DNA of 64,000 nt from Eledone cirrhosa (lineage: Eukaryota): contig OZ024763.1 of the NCBI GenBank assembly GCA_964016885.1, positions 10,168,001 to 10,232,000 on the forward strand, given 5' to 3'. The translations under genes were made by a program, and so were the position numbers. The notes beneath the pieces were generated by a model. The model was not told the origin of the DNA. It did no database searches and worked only from the letters and a program-made list of their open reading frames with translations. This document shows positions 1-13,619 of this stretch, piece by piece (the first letter of the stretch is position 1; each line of letters starts with the position of its first letter).

Positions 1-699
1 ACGAATTTCTTTTTATACCCAGTGAATTTCGCTGCAACGGCATTTCACTGTATACATATATATAAATGTGTAACAGATACATATACATACATAAATACAT
101 ACATACATACACACACAATGATAGGAAGAGCTGCAATGATGAGATGAGGTCAGCTGGTGTTATTAAAGAGGAAGCTGACCAGATGACCAATATATTGCAA
201 TGGAGAAGGAATGCCTGATATAAGGGAGGCAGGAGGCGATGGCAGTACTGCAAGGCATCGGCCTCTTATGTGATAAGGTCGGTCGCAGGTCGATTTGCTT
301 GAAACAACAGCCAAATCTATCTTCAAATCATATCCTACCGTGTTTAATTAAAGAAGCACACATTAAATAATAGACCCGGCGAAAAACACTGTTCTGAACG
401 GAAACTATAAAAGATACGAAGCTTGGATGGTCATGGCTAGAATATTGTTAATTGATATTTGGTGAGATCGATCAAGGTTGATCTGGGGTTAAACAATAAC
501 GAAAGAGACAAAATGTGAAGTTGACAGATTTGTTGTAGTGGTTGCTGGGACTAGACAGACGTTTAAAGATATCGAAGTAAGCCACGTTGATATGGAGATA
601 AAGATATATGTATATTTAAAGAGAGGTGTTGATAGAGAGACATATATATATATATAGAGAGAGAGAGAGGTGTAGATAGACGTATGTGTGTGTATATAC

Positions 700-730
<31 letters not shown>

Positions 731-862
731 CATATATATATACATATTTATATATATACATATATATACACATATATACACACATATATACACATATATA
801 CACACATATATACACACATATACACACACATATACACACACATATACACATATATATATACA

Positions 863-1282
863 TATATTAATAAGAGGAATTCCAACTTTGTCTGATTTAC
901 TCGTTTTATTTACAATCCTTTAAAATTTATAATGGTATTATATTGAAATAGTATGATAGAATATTAAATGTTAAGTGTTAATTGAACAAGTACTTTCATG
1001 CTTTCGCAATCTTCAGGTTCATAATGTGTGGTGACAGTCAAGTTGCAATTTTCAACTGGATAGTTTAACTAATATCAATCACACACAGTTGAAAATTGCA
1101 AACTTGACTGTCACCACACATTATGAACCTGAAGATTGCGAAAGCATGAAAGTACTTGTTCAATTAACACTTAACATTTAATATTCTATCATACTATTTC
1201 ATTATAATACCATTATAAATTTTAAAGGATTGTAAATAAAACGAGTAAATCAGACAAAGTTGGAATTCCTCTTATTAATATA
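863..1282. mobile_element. Fold-back inverted repeat (arms ~863-1058 / ~1086-1282), Penelope-like terminal-repeat remnant
   Basis: Arms are near-perfect reverse complements (atattaataagaggaattcc... / ...ggaattcctcttattaatat); each carries a hammerhead motif; sits among (TA)n tracts. Confidence 0.8.
1124..1162 (+). ncRNA. Minimal type I hammerhead ribozyme motif (mirror copy at 983-1021 on -)
   Basis: tgaac-CTGAAGA-t tgc gaaa gca t-GAAA-gtac-TT-gttca: stem I tgaac/gttca, conserved core, palindromic stem III. Confidence 0.75.
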
Positions 1283-1490
1283 ATCTTCTATACACAATCA
1301 TACACACCCGTGTATATTTATCTATCTCTCTATATATATACATATATATATTACATAACTATATATATATATACACACATATATATATATATATACACAC
1401 ATATATATATATATATACACACATATATATATATATATACACACACACATATATATATATATACACACACACATATATATATATATATAT

Positions 1491-1531
<41 letters not shown>

Positions 1532-1684
1532 TATATATATATATATACACACACACACATATATATATATATACACACACACACATATATATATATATAT
1601 ACACACACACACATATATATATATATATACACACACACACATATATATATATATATACACACACACACATATATATATATATAT

Positions 1685-1751
<67 letters not shown>

Positions 1752-1907
1752 TATATATATATACACACACATATATATATATATATATACACACATATAT
1801 ATATATATATATACACATATATATATATATATATACACATATATATATATACACATATATATATATATATATATATACATATAATCACACACACATATAT
1901 ATATATA

Positions 1908-1942
<35 letters not shown>

Positions 1943-2086
1943 TCACACACACATATATATATATACACACACATATATATATACACACATATATATACAC
2001 ACACACATATATACACACACACACATATATATACACACACACACACACACACATATATACACACACACACACATATATACACACAC

Positions 2087-2131
<45 letters not shown>

Positions 2132-2186
2132 TATACAATGTGTGTACGTTCAAGGACAAACGGATAAATGTTAAGGAGGAACTTAC

Positions 2187-2308
2187 CCAGCAAGGCCACC
2201 GAAAAGAAACTTGATGGCATTTGGGATGGGTCTAGAGGCTTTAGGTGCGGCCGGAGGGGGTGGTGGGACGGCAGGTGGATTTGGTGGTGCGGAGCTGGAG
2301 TCAGACAT
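2187..2308 (-). CDS. SLC25A11: Mitochondrial 2-oxoglutarate/malate carrier, first coding exon
   Basis: Translates [41 protein letters not shown] then GG|GTAAGT donor; KFLFGGLAG is the recognisable OGC N-terminal motif. No further exons recognised in the window. Confidence 0.85.
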
Positions 2309-2398
2309 GGTCCTGTTGTGATTGATATTAGTTAAACTATCCTAGATCCGCCGACCTTACTCTAATTTACTTTCTCCATTCACTGAAGAAAACAGCAA

Positions 2399-2408
2399 GT
2401 CACGTGAC
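2399..2408. promoter_or_regulatory. Palindromic E-box (CLEAR/USF type) GTCACGTGAC
   Basis: Exact 10-bp palindrome about 90 bp upstream of the SLC25A11 ATG. Confidence 0.4.
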
Positions 2409-3109
2409 GAGACACATATGGAATATCTCCTCCTCCCATTCCCCCTCCCCATCCAGTAATACGGCAGCAGTTGGTGGTGGTAGTAGTAGTAGAAGTTGTA
2501 GTGGTGGTGCTTGTAGCAGGCGCACTTATATTTGACGTACATATATATGTATGTATGTATATATATACATTATTCTTTGAGAGAGCCATACTGCCAATAA
2601 AAACACTAGTACCACCTAATAGTTACTTTAGTTTTATTATTAGTCAGGTATCTACTCCTTTCCTCAGTTAGTATAGTAATTGGATGGCTGTTTAAACATC
2701 AAAGCTCTTTTGTCACACATCCTGTGACCTCCTCACAGACCATCCTTGCTCCTTTTTGTTTACCTCTTTTGATTTTGTTTTATTTACTCCATTTTTTCTT
2801 CCTATAGCTAGATGAAGTGACGAAGCTAAAACTCCGCAGTCACTGCCACTTTTCCACAAATATCATTATTTTTATGTTTACTTTTCCATGCCGGCATGGG
2901 TTGGACAGGACATTTTAAGGCAATGTTTTACTGCTGGATGTCCTTCCTAACATCAACCCTTTTAGTTGCTTTTTACAACATACAGGGATACAGTGTAACT
3001 ATTCCAAACAGGATACACACACATATACGCATGCAGAGACCGAGAGGGAGTGCTTGGAAACTGAAATGTCTTCATGTAGCTCACAGCCTTCTACAAATTG
3101 GGCAGTACG

Positions 3110-3880
3110 ATTAGTGGAAACTCCGCCTTGGCGTCCTATAGAGGGTTAGTGGGGGATAAAAGCGATGCCGTTCTTGGGAAAACTCTGGGCATCAACGAAA
3201 ATCAACTAGCCACATTTTGCAGGAGGACTTTCGCTCCAGGGCCCATGGATTATTTCCAGAAATCCCCGACCTGGTAGAACTAGGGGGAACATTTGCCAGT
3301 TTAGGATAAACTCTACAGGCATGGAAGTGCCATCAGCGGGGCCTTTCCGAGATGTGTGCAGGGCAATAAAACCTTCCTGTACCTACTTGTACAGTGTCCA
3401 AGCATAGTGGGTTTATGTCGAACACCTGCAGTCGCATGTAGGACGAACCCGGCTATCAACTGAGTCCATTGCCCTAATGCCTTCCTTTAGGAAGGGCAGG
3501 CAGTTTTTATATGTCTAGTGGCCATGGCGAAAGAGGTTGTACAGTGGACACATTTGAAAGGGTTTCAGGCCAGCACTTTGCTCTTTAGCAAAGTTCTGAT
3601 GAATTTTTACAGGTTTAACTTGAAAAGGAAAACGGGGTTGAGAGGAAAGTGCTGCCTTCCAAGCAGTTTGTTGTAACGTGGGTGAGCATGGCCTGAGTGG
3701 ATAGGCCTGCTCTGAGTGTGCACCTGTAGATTAGACGAGGACAACTGGGATATGGTTCTAGATATCAGGGCAGCTGTGGTTTTATGTTTTTTCTTCTTCT
3801 ATGAGCAGCTCTCAAACGTCTCCTCCCTATTGAGGAATTCCCATTGTTAACATTTTTTAATTGTTACCTTTGTTAATTGT
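3110..3880 (+). mobile_element. Degenerate L1/Tx1-like LINE 3' end
   Basis: Frameshifted remnants resembling LP.RDKLYRHGS plus a Cys/His motif, followed by a T-rich 3' UTR; similar in style to 31200-31790. Confidence 0.45.
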
Positions 3881-6800
3881 AACACCATGTCAAACAAAAG
3901 GACTGAAGTAAGGTTACTAACACCATGTCCAACAAAAGGTCTACAGTAAGGTTACTAACACCATGTCCAACAAAAGGTCTACAGTAAGGTTACTAACACC
4001 ATGTCCAACAAAAGGACTGCAGTAAGGTTACTAACACCATGTCCAACAAAAGGTCTACAGTAAGGTTACTAACACCATGTCCAACAAAAGGACTGGAGTA
4101 AGGTTACTAACACCATGTCCAACAAAAGGTCTACAGTAAGGTTACTAACACCATGTCCAACAAAAGGTCTACAGTAAGGTTACTAACACCATGTCCAACA
4201 AAAGGTCTACAGTAAGGTTACTAACACCATGTCCAACAAAAGGTCTACAGTAAGGTTACTAACACCATGTCCAACACAAGGACTGCAGTAAGGTTACTAA
4301 CACCATGTCCAACAAAAGGACTGGAGTAAGGTTACTAACACCATGTCCAAGAAAAGGTCTACAGTAAGGTTACTAACACCATGTCCAACAAAAGGACTAC
4401 AGTAAGGTTACTAACACCATGTCCAACAAAAGGACTGCAGTAAGGTTACTAACACCATGTCCAACAAAAGGACTGCAGTAAGGTTACTAACACCATGTCC
4501 AACAAAAGGACTGCAGTAAGGTTACTAGCACCATGTCCAACAAAAGGACTGGAGTACGGTTACTAACACCATGTCCAACAAAAGGACTGCAGTAAGGTTA
4601 CTAACACCATGTCCAACAAAAGGACTACAGTAAGGTTACTAACACCATGTCCAACAAAAGGTCTACAGTAAGGTTACTAACACCATGTCCAACAAAAGGT
4701 CTACAGTAAGGTTACTAACACCATGTCCAAGAAAAGGTCTACAGTAAGGTTACTAGCACCATGTCCAACAAAAGGTCTACAGTAAGGTTACTAACACCAT
4801 GTCCAACAAAAGGACTACAGTAAGGTTACTAATACCATGTCCAACAAAAGGTCTACAGTAAGGTTACTAACACCATGTCCAACAAAAGGACTGGTGTAAG
4901 GTTACTAACACCATGTCTAACAAAAGGACTGGAGTAAGGTTACTAACACCATGTCCAACAAAAGGACTGGAGTAAGGTTACTAACACCATGTCCAACAAA
5001 AGGACTGGAGTAAGGTTACTAACACCATGTCCAACAAAAGGACTGGAGTAAGGTTACTAACACCATGTCCAACAAAAGGACTACAGTAAGGTTACTAACA
5101 CCATGTCCAACAAAAGGACTACAGTAAGGTTACTAATACCATGTCCAACAAAAGGTCTACAGTAAGGTTACTAGCACCATGTCCAACAAAAGGACTACAG
5201 TAAGGTTACTAACACCATGTCCAACAAAAGGTCTACAGTAAGGTTACTAACACCATGTCCAACAAAAGGTCTACAGTAAGGTTACTAACACCATGTCCAA
5301 CAAAAGGACTGGAGTAAGGTTACTAGCACCATGTCCAACAAAAGGACTGGAGTAAGGTTACTAACACCATGTCCAACAAAAGGACTACAGAAAGGTTACT
5401 AACACCATGTCCAACAAAAGGACTGGAGTAAGGTTACTAACACCATGTCCAACAAAAGGTCTACAGTAAGGTTACTAACACCATGTCCAACAAAAGGACT
5501 GGAGTAAGGTTACTAACACCATGTCCAACAAAAGGTCTACAGTAAGGTTACTAACACCATGTCCAACAAAAGGACTGGAGTAAGGTTACTAACACCATGT
5601 CCAACAAAAGGACTGGAGTAAGGTTACTAACACCATGTCCAACAAAAGGTCTACAGTAAGGTTACTAACACCATGTCCAACAAAAGGACTGGAGTAAGGT
5701 TACTAACACCATGTCCAACAAAAGGTCTACAGTAAGGTTACTAACACCATGTCCAACAAAAGGACTGGAGTAAGGTTACTAACACCATGTCCAACAAAAG
5801 GTCTACAGTAAGGTTACTAACACCATGTCCAACAAAAGGACTGGAGTAAGGTTACTAGCACCATGTCCAACAAAAGGTCTACAGTAAGGTTACTAACACC
5901 ATGTCCAACAAAAGGACTGGAGTAAGGTTACTAACACCATGTCCAACAAAAGGACTGGAGTAAGGTTACTAACACCATGTCCAACAAAAGGACTGCAGTA
6001 AGGTTACTAACACCATGTCCAACAAAAGGTCTACAGTAAGGTTACTAACACCATGTCCAACAAAAGGACTGGAGTAAGGTTACTAACACCATGTCCAACA
6101 AAAGGACTGGAGTAAGGTTACTAACACCATGTCCAACAAAAGGACTGGAGTAAGGTTACTAACACCATGTCCAACAAAAGGACTGGAGTAAGGTTACTAA
6201 CACCATGTCCAACAAAAGAACTGGAGTAAGGTTACTAACACCATGTCCAACAAAAGGACTGGAGTAAGGTTACTAACACCATGTCCAACAAAAGGACTGG
6301 AGCAAGGTTACTAACACCATGTCCAACAAAAGGTCTACAGTAAGGTTACTAACACCATGTCCAACAAAAGGACTGGAGTAAGGTTACTAACACCATGTCC
6401 AACAAAAGGACTGGAGTAAGGTTACTAACACCATGTCCAACAAAAGGACTGGAGTAAGGTTACTAACACCATGTCCAACAAAAGGTCTACAGTAAGGTTA
6501 CTAACACCATGTCCAAGAAAAGGTCTACAGTAAGGTTACTAACACCATGTCCAACAAAAGGACTGCAGTAAGGTTACTAACACCATGTCCAACAAAAGGT
6601 CTACAGTAAGGTTACTAGCACCATGTCCAACAAAAGGACTGGAGTAAGGTTACTAACACCATGTCCAACAAAAGGACTGCAGTAAGGTTACTAACACCAT
6701 GTCCAACAAAAGGACTGGAGTAAGGTTACTAACACCATGTCCAACAAAAGGACTACAGTAAGGTTACTAACACCATGTCCAAGAAAAGGTCTACAGTAAG

Positions 6801-8078
6801 GTTACTAACACCATGTCCAACAAAAGGACTGGAGTAAGGTTACTAACACCATGTCCAACAAAAGGACTACAGTAAGGTTACTAACACCATGTCCAACAAA
6901 AGGACTACAGTAAGGTTACTAACACCATGTCCAAGAAAAGGTCTACAGTAAGGTTACTAACACCATGTCCAACAAAAGGACTGGAGTAAGGTTACTAACA
7001 CCATGTCCAAGAAAAGGTCTACAGTAAGGTTACTAACACCATGTCCAACAAAAGGACTACAGTAAGGTTACTAACACCATGTCCAACAAAAGGACTGGAG
7101 TAAGGTTACTAACACCATGTCCAAGAAAAGGTCTACAGTAAGGTTACTAACACCATGTCCAACAAAAGGTCTACAGTAAGGTTACTAACACCATGTCCAA
7201 CAAAAGGACTACAGTAAGGTTACTAACACCATGTCCAACAAAAGGACTACAGTAAGGTTACTAACACCATGTCCAACAAAAGGACTGGAGTAAGGTTACT
7301 AACACCATGTCCAAGAAAAGGTCAACAGTAAGGTTACTAACACCATGTCAAACAAAAGGTCTACAGTAAGGTTACTAACACCATGTCAAACAAAAGGACT
7401 GCAGTAAGGTTACTAACACCATGTCCAACAAAAGGTCTACAGTAAGGTTACTAACACCATGTCCAACAAAAGGTCTACAGTAAGGTTACTAACACCATGT
7501 CCAACAAAAGGACTGGAGCAAGGTTACTAACACCATGTCCAACAAAAGGTCTACAGTAAGGTTACTAGCACCATGTCCAACAAAAGGTCTGGAGTAAGGT
7601 TACTAACACCATGTCCAACAAAAGGACTGGAGCAAGGTTACTAACACCATGTCCAACAAAAGGTCTACAGTAAGGTTACTAGCACCATGTCCAACAAAAG
7701 GACTGGAGTACGGTTACTAACACCATGTCCAACAAAAGGACTGGAGCAAGGTTACTAACACCATGTCCAACAAAAGGACTACAGTAAGGTTACTAGCACC
7801 ATGTCCAACAAAAGGTCTACAGTAAGGTTACTAGCACCATGTCCAACAAAAGGACTGGAGTACGGTTACTAACACCATGTCCAACAAAAGGACTGGAGCA
7901 AGGTTACTAACACCATGTCCAACAAAAGGACTGGAGCAAGGTTACTAACACCATGTCCAACAAAAGGACTACAGTAAGGTTACTAGCACCATGTCCAACA
8001 AAAGGTCTACAGTAAGGTTACTAACACCATGTCCAACAAATGGACTGGAGTAAGGTTACTAACACCATGTCCAACAAA
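3881..8078. repeat. 38-bp minisatellite, about 110 copies
   Basis: Unit aacaccatgtccaacaaaaggactggagtaaggttact; variants gtctaca/gactaca/gactgca. Confidence 0.98.
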
Positions 8079-8577
8079 ATATAAAATATGAAGAGTTTCT
8101 TACCTTTCTCTGAAATCACAAACTCAGGGGAAAAATAGTACCTTGAAAAATAAAATACCTCGTAGCAAAATAAAATACTTAGCAACGAATGATGCTTGGG
8201 GACAGTGAGAAAGTAGTATCTGTATCCCTTATATATAGATAAATACAGACACACACAAACACACATAGTCACGCACGCACACATACATACACACACACAA
8301 ACTTGTGTGTGTGTGCGTGTCTATGTATCTATCTCTCTATATATATATAAATGAAAGGTATAGAAAACATTGTCGCAAGAAGCCAACAGTATTCCATAAT
8401 ATATATCTATGTGTATATATATATACGGGATACAAATACTACTTTTTCACTGTCCCCAAGCATCATTCGTTGCTAAGTATTTTATTTTGCTACGAGGTAT
8501 TTTATTTTTCAAGGTACTATTTTTCCCCTGAGTTTGTGATTTCAGAGAAAGGTAAGAAATTCTTCATATTTTATATC
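8079..8577. repeat. Inverted repeat (~150-bp arms 8079-8228 / 8428-8577) with microsatellite spacer
   Basis: The same peptide PKHHSLLSILFCYEVFYFSRYYFSPEF appears in ORFs on opposite strands. Confidence 0.9.
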
Positions 8578-8759
8578 TTTTGTATTTTGACTTTACAGTT
8601 TGAATTGTAGAATTGTTTATCCTATCACAATATTACAACCGCTAACAGTGAAATATAGAATTTAAAAAAAAGAAGCTTTTTCGACTGAAATCAAGTCTTT
8701 GAGAACATTCACGTCTATTTTTCAAAAATATATAATTTGAAATAGTTTGCTTTTGTTTT

Positions 8760-10100
8760 GGATTGAAACTTTTTTTGTATTTAATTCGTACGGGTATTTT
8801 TTAAAGATCATTCTAACATAACTTGATTTGGCCCATTACGTGCACTGCGGCATTCATATTTTTTAACTTATTATAACTAAGTCTGTACAACAAGCTTTAC
8901 TTATCAAAAATGTTCTAGGTTGCGTGAATGAATTGCGGAAACTATATAGTACATCAGGAAAATTTAAGCAAGCGTATTTATCACAACATGATGAAGAAAA
9001 TGGAGTATCGTCACCACGCTCCTTAACACCTGTGTGCCCCACTCGATGGCTAACACGACTTTCTGCAGTCAAAGCCTTTCTTGACAATTATTCAGATATC
9101 CCTATTTCTTTACAAGAGGCAACAAATGAGTTTGGTACCAACATTGCATCCAGAGCTAATGTTATTCTTACGTGTCACTCTCCGGGCCAATGTGTCCTTG
9201 GATTGCACGTTGTAGTTAGATTACTTCAATTCCTTGAATGATTGAACAAATATTTTCAAAGTACCACCTTCAATCTAGGTAGCATGTTGCATAGTGTCAA
9301 ACTGGTGCAGGAGGAGCTAAAAAAATATACGCAGTGAAGAAAAATTTCAGGAGCTGTTCAATACAGCAGAAAAAATGATTTATCAACTCGATATTTCTCC
9401 TTTGGAGCTACCCAGGCAATGAAAAGTTCCTAAAAGATACCAGGAATGGAAATGTTTGTGCTGAAATGATCACACAGTATCCAGAGCTTGATGAATTTTC
9501 TTTAAGGAACGAAATACTTTTTTATAGAAATCATCATAGTGGATCATCTCTCGAGGATCATCGTAAAATATTCTGTGAAATGCAACCAGAAGTCCGTCGC
9601 ATGTTTCTAAATGATGTGCGATTGTTCAGGCTACTTTTAATGTTTCCAACCAGTTCTTGTGAAGCTGAAAGATCTTTTAGCGCTCAAAACTTGGTTGCGA
9701 TCGACCATGACTCAGCAAAGGTTGAATCATATTCTAATATGAGACTTTCATAGAGATGTTTTGAAAAAGATTAGTTGTGAAGAAGTTGTTAAATTATTTA
9801 TTGACAGCAATGATGCGAGATATGATACATTTGGAAAGTTCTAAAAGACAATAAATTTACTTTATATGATTTTTATTCAAACGTCTATGTTTTATTTTTT
9901 GTTTATTTGATATAATAAATACTTTTTAAGCTTATTTATTTTTTATATCTGAACTTCATTTGAATATATAAAATTTAATTAGCGTAAAGAAATTTTTACT
10001 TGTGTGATAGGGTTCAGGAAAGACACCATAAGTAATACTAAAATGCTCCAACAAATGTTGGTTTGTCCCCCTCACATTTTTAAGGCAAACGAGGCCCCTG
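8760..10100 (+). mobile_element. hAT transposase pseudogene (3' part) with probable right TIR
   Basis: CPTRW motif; C-terminal dimerisation motif SSCEAERSFS; stops and frameshifts; end ...gaggcccctg reads CAGGGG on the - strand. Confidence 0.85.
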
Positions 10101-10839
10101 GAAAAGAGCAACATTATTCACTGACCAGTTCATCACCGTGATCGGCTTGACCTCGATACTCAGCTCATTCTTACTAACATTCGGTTTGCTTGACGCCATC
10201 TTATTTTCATTGCATTTCCACATCATTTATTCTATAACTAGGTTGTTGCTATTCCTATATAAACTGACTGTTTATATATACTACGATCAAGTCTTGTTAT
10301 AGCCTTGGGTTTAAGGAAATGCTTTTGTAGTCTTCAACAGTCATCCATTATAATTGCAGCACCATTACAAGAATATCACAGTAATGCATTAAGTTAAGGG
10401 TGATAAGTTGAGTAACTCTGACTAATAAGATGTCTTAACTTAGTATTATCGCGTCTTATCACTACGTGCTTAATTGATGAATTCCATTTCAAAATAGCAC
10501 ATTACTAGTCATTCATGCATTAAGTTCTCTTGAATTCGTTACCTCGTTGATCCTTTATTGAGTTTGCCACCTTAATTCCCTCAAGCTAAGTTATTACTAT
10601 TCCTACATGAAAGACTGGTTAATCTTCATATATAACTTGTCTCGACTTGGTTAATTAATGACAGTATTTATCTTTTTCATTGCAGTTTTGTTTATTACAA
10701 AGTGTTATTCCAGAACATTACTTGAAACTTTATCATACTGGAACAGGACTCATTATAGTAAGTTCCTTATACATAATTTTATAGGCTTATATAGGCAAAT
10801 CTTTGCGTAACTTAACCAAACACATTCGCTAAACAGAAA

Positions 10840-11650
10840 ATGACCTCAGCAATGAAGAAAAAATGCAGGCAGTACAGCGTTGATTACTTACGGTTCGGAT
10901 TCATCCCAACCACCTGTCACCCATGTGTTTAATTTGCAAGGAGTCCTTTTCGAATTAGGCGATGAAGCCATCGCGTTTGAGTAGACACCTGGAGGTGAGG
11001 CACCCCGATAAGAGATATAAAGATTTAGCATACTTTCAGTCTCTTAGGGACCAACAAAAGGACTGGAGTAAAGTTACTAACACCATGTCCAACAAAAGGA
11101 CTGGAGCAAGGTTACTAACACCATGTCCAACAAAAGGACTGGAGTAAGGTTACTAGCACCATGTCCAACAAAAGGACTGGAGTAAGGTTACTAACACCAT
11201 GTCCAACAAAAGGACTGCAGTAAAGTTACTAACACCATGTCCAACAAAAGGACTGGAGTAAAGTTACTAACACCATGTCCAACAAAAGGACTGGAGTAAG
11301 GTTACTAACACCATGTCCAACAAAAGGACTGGAGTAAGGTTACTAACACCATGTCCAACAAAAGGTCTACAGTAAGGTTACTAACACCATGTCCAACAAA
11401 AGGACTGGAGTAAAGTTACTAACACCATGTCCAACAAAAGGACTGGAGTAAGGTTACTAACACCATGTCCAACAAAAGGACTGGAGTAAGGTTACTAACA
11501 CCATGTCCAACAAAAGGACTGGAGTAAGGTTACTAACACCATGTCCATCAAAAGGACTGGAGTAAGGTTACTAACACCATGTCCATCAAAAGGACTGCAG
11601 TAAAGTTACTAACACAATGTCCAACAAAAGCAATATGAAATAGCACAATA
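10840..11650 (+). mobile_element. hAT (Charlie/Buster-like) transposase N-terminus interrupted by 38-bp repeat array
   Basis: KKKCRQYSVDYLRFGFIP...CLICKESFSN*AMKPSRLSRHLEVRHPDK..KDLAYFQSLR is a BED-finger signature. Confidence 0.85.
11051..11630. repeat. Second array of the 38-bp minisatellite, about 15 copies
   Basis: Same unit as 3881-8078. Confidence 0.97.
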
Positions 11651-11715
11651 CTGGAAACAGCTCTACAGAAAATGTTAGATATGAAATCCCCAGGGGGAGA
11701 CCTCATACCAGATTA

Positions 11716-12885
11716 CACTGTGTAACATGATTTTGTCCTTGGATAGCAACTATTATTTTCTATTTGCTTATGCCTAGAAAGTAAGAAAAATGGTGAATAC
11801 TTTGCTTTTATGGCTATCATATCATCATCACAGTTTTACGTCCATTTTCCACACTAGCATGGGTTAGACGAGTTGTCCTGTTGTGAACAATGTTAGGTCA
11901 GCTGACCATGTCTTGATCATGCAGAACTGATTTGGGGTTGGTTTCTACAGCTGGATGCTCTTCCTACCGCCAACCTCATTTACAATATGGGCTGGGTGCT
12001 TTTTGTTGTGACGGCTGCATAACCACTTTACAGTGTGGGCTGGGTCCTTTTTGTTGTGACACCTACACAACCGCTGTACATGATAATGATATTTCTAGAT
12101 TTACCTAATCCCACTGGGAAGACTACCAAATGTGAACATTCTCGTTCAAGCAAAGCTGGAATAGAATGACATATGATTCAAAACGTAGCATTTATTTATT
12201 CTAGAATTATACAAAAAAACTTAGAAATGAGTGGGTTTTGGGGATTTTCGCTTAAGCTGCAAATTTCTTTCACGAATCAGCTCCCATATCCTTGGTAGCA
12301 ACGTTCAAAGTCAAGTATACCCTGGTGGAAGTGCTCACCTTGCTTTTCAGAGTATGCTACCATGTTACCCTTGAATTTATCAAGATGAGTGTCAAGTGTA
12401 TGTACTTTGAGGGACATCCTCCAATCCATTTTGCCGAAGTTCTTCACCAGGGTCTCGACAAACTCCACAAGATTTTCGGCCTTGTGATTCCCCAGGAAGT
12501 CCTGAACAACTGCAACAAAACTGTTCCACGCTGCCTCCTCTGTAATAGTGAGCTTCTTTTGGGGAATTCCTTGCACTCCATGATCTTCCTTATTTGTGGT
12601 CCGATGAAGATACCGGCTTTCACTTTTACCTCAGACAGCTTAGAGAAGAAGTCTCGAAGGTACTTGAAGGCTGCCAACTCCTTATCTAGAGCTGTGACAA
12701 ACTGTTTCATAAGGCTGAATTTTAAGTGAAGTGGTGGGAACAATAGCTTCCGGGGATCAACCAGTGGCAGTCCGAGTCACAAAAGCAAAGTTAGAGGAGA
12801 ATGATAGTCTTTTCTTGGGTTTTCTAAGCAGAAAATAGCACTTATTGACCAAAGAGAAAAAAAGTAAAATGTTTCTAACATAGTG
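11716..12885 (-). mobile_element. Internally deleted Chapaev3-like DNA transposon, with a SINE tail fragment inserted at ~11815-12080
   Basis: PPLHLKFSLMKQFVTALDK...GIFIGPQI...MSLKVHTLDTH...QGEHFHQ transposase motifs; termini CACTGTGTAAC / ...CATAGTG. Confidence 0.7.
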
Positions 12886-12954
12886 TAATCAATTGCTGAG
12901 ATCGGTAGATTTACTTTGTTTCTTTACACATATACACTTATATATGTACATGTG

Positions 12955-12989
<35 letters not shown>

Positions 12990-13398
12990 GCATATGTATA
13001 TCTGCGTATGTATAATATTGATGAGTATAATAGATATGCTTGAATACATTATTGATGAATATAATTACGTATATATGACTACAATGTACATTAAATCGAT
13101 ATGCACATCAACATCAATATATAATATATATACACATGTATATATATGTATATATGTGTGTGTGTATGTCTGTGTACATATATATATATGTAATTATATA
13201 TATATAATTACATATATATATATATATATACAATTATATATATATATATATAAAACCAAAGATTAATATGGTTTGTTGATTACTCAACAAGTATAGTTTT
13301 ACAATAGATTAGAAGCACTCAACAAAAAGGTTTTCCTGGAGTTTTTAATATTATTCAAAATGTTAACAAATTAAAAATATTCGCATAATCAAAATATA

Positions 13399-13465
13399 TA
13401 CTTTATTATATATATTTCAAAGGTACTGTGCTTTTTTTTTCAGTACGTCCTCATCAGACAAAATA
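13399..13465 (-). ncRNA. Hammerhead ribozyme motif, inverted and upstream of a Penelope-like fragment
   Basis: - strand: tattttgt-CTGATGA-ggac gtactg..cagtac cttt-GAAA-tatata-TA-ataaagta. Confidence 0.7.
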
Positions 13466-13619
13466 TATGATTTGATATATGACATACCGCTATGGTCTTG
13501 GTTATTCAATTCCCGTATTGGCAGTGATTTATTTCATCAAATCTCAACATTTATATACCACGAATAATATGATAAACTTAAAGAAGAAAAGGACGTAGAG
13601 CAAATATCTCTTTTAAAAT

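Larger units (their letters stand above)
630..2130. repeat. (TA)n/(TACA)n/(CA)n/(GA)n compound microsatellite tracts flanking a palindrome
   Basis: Low-complexity dinucleotide runs; source of the spurious YI/HT/CV ORFs. Confidence 0.95.

Noticed and set aside
489-2220. Long YI/HT/CV-rich ORFs here and at 17894-18652, 19852-20820, 43572-44098 and 48633-49351
   Set aside because: These are translations of (TA)n/(CA)n microsatellites.
3881-8078. CRISPR-like array (38-bp period with a variable slot)
   Set aside because: No unique spacers, only about four recurring variants; eukaryotic context; no cas genes.
10101-10198. - strand ATG-initiated segment MASSKPNVSKNELSIEVKP cut by the hAT end
   Set aside because: Too short, with no recognisable motif or splice donor.
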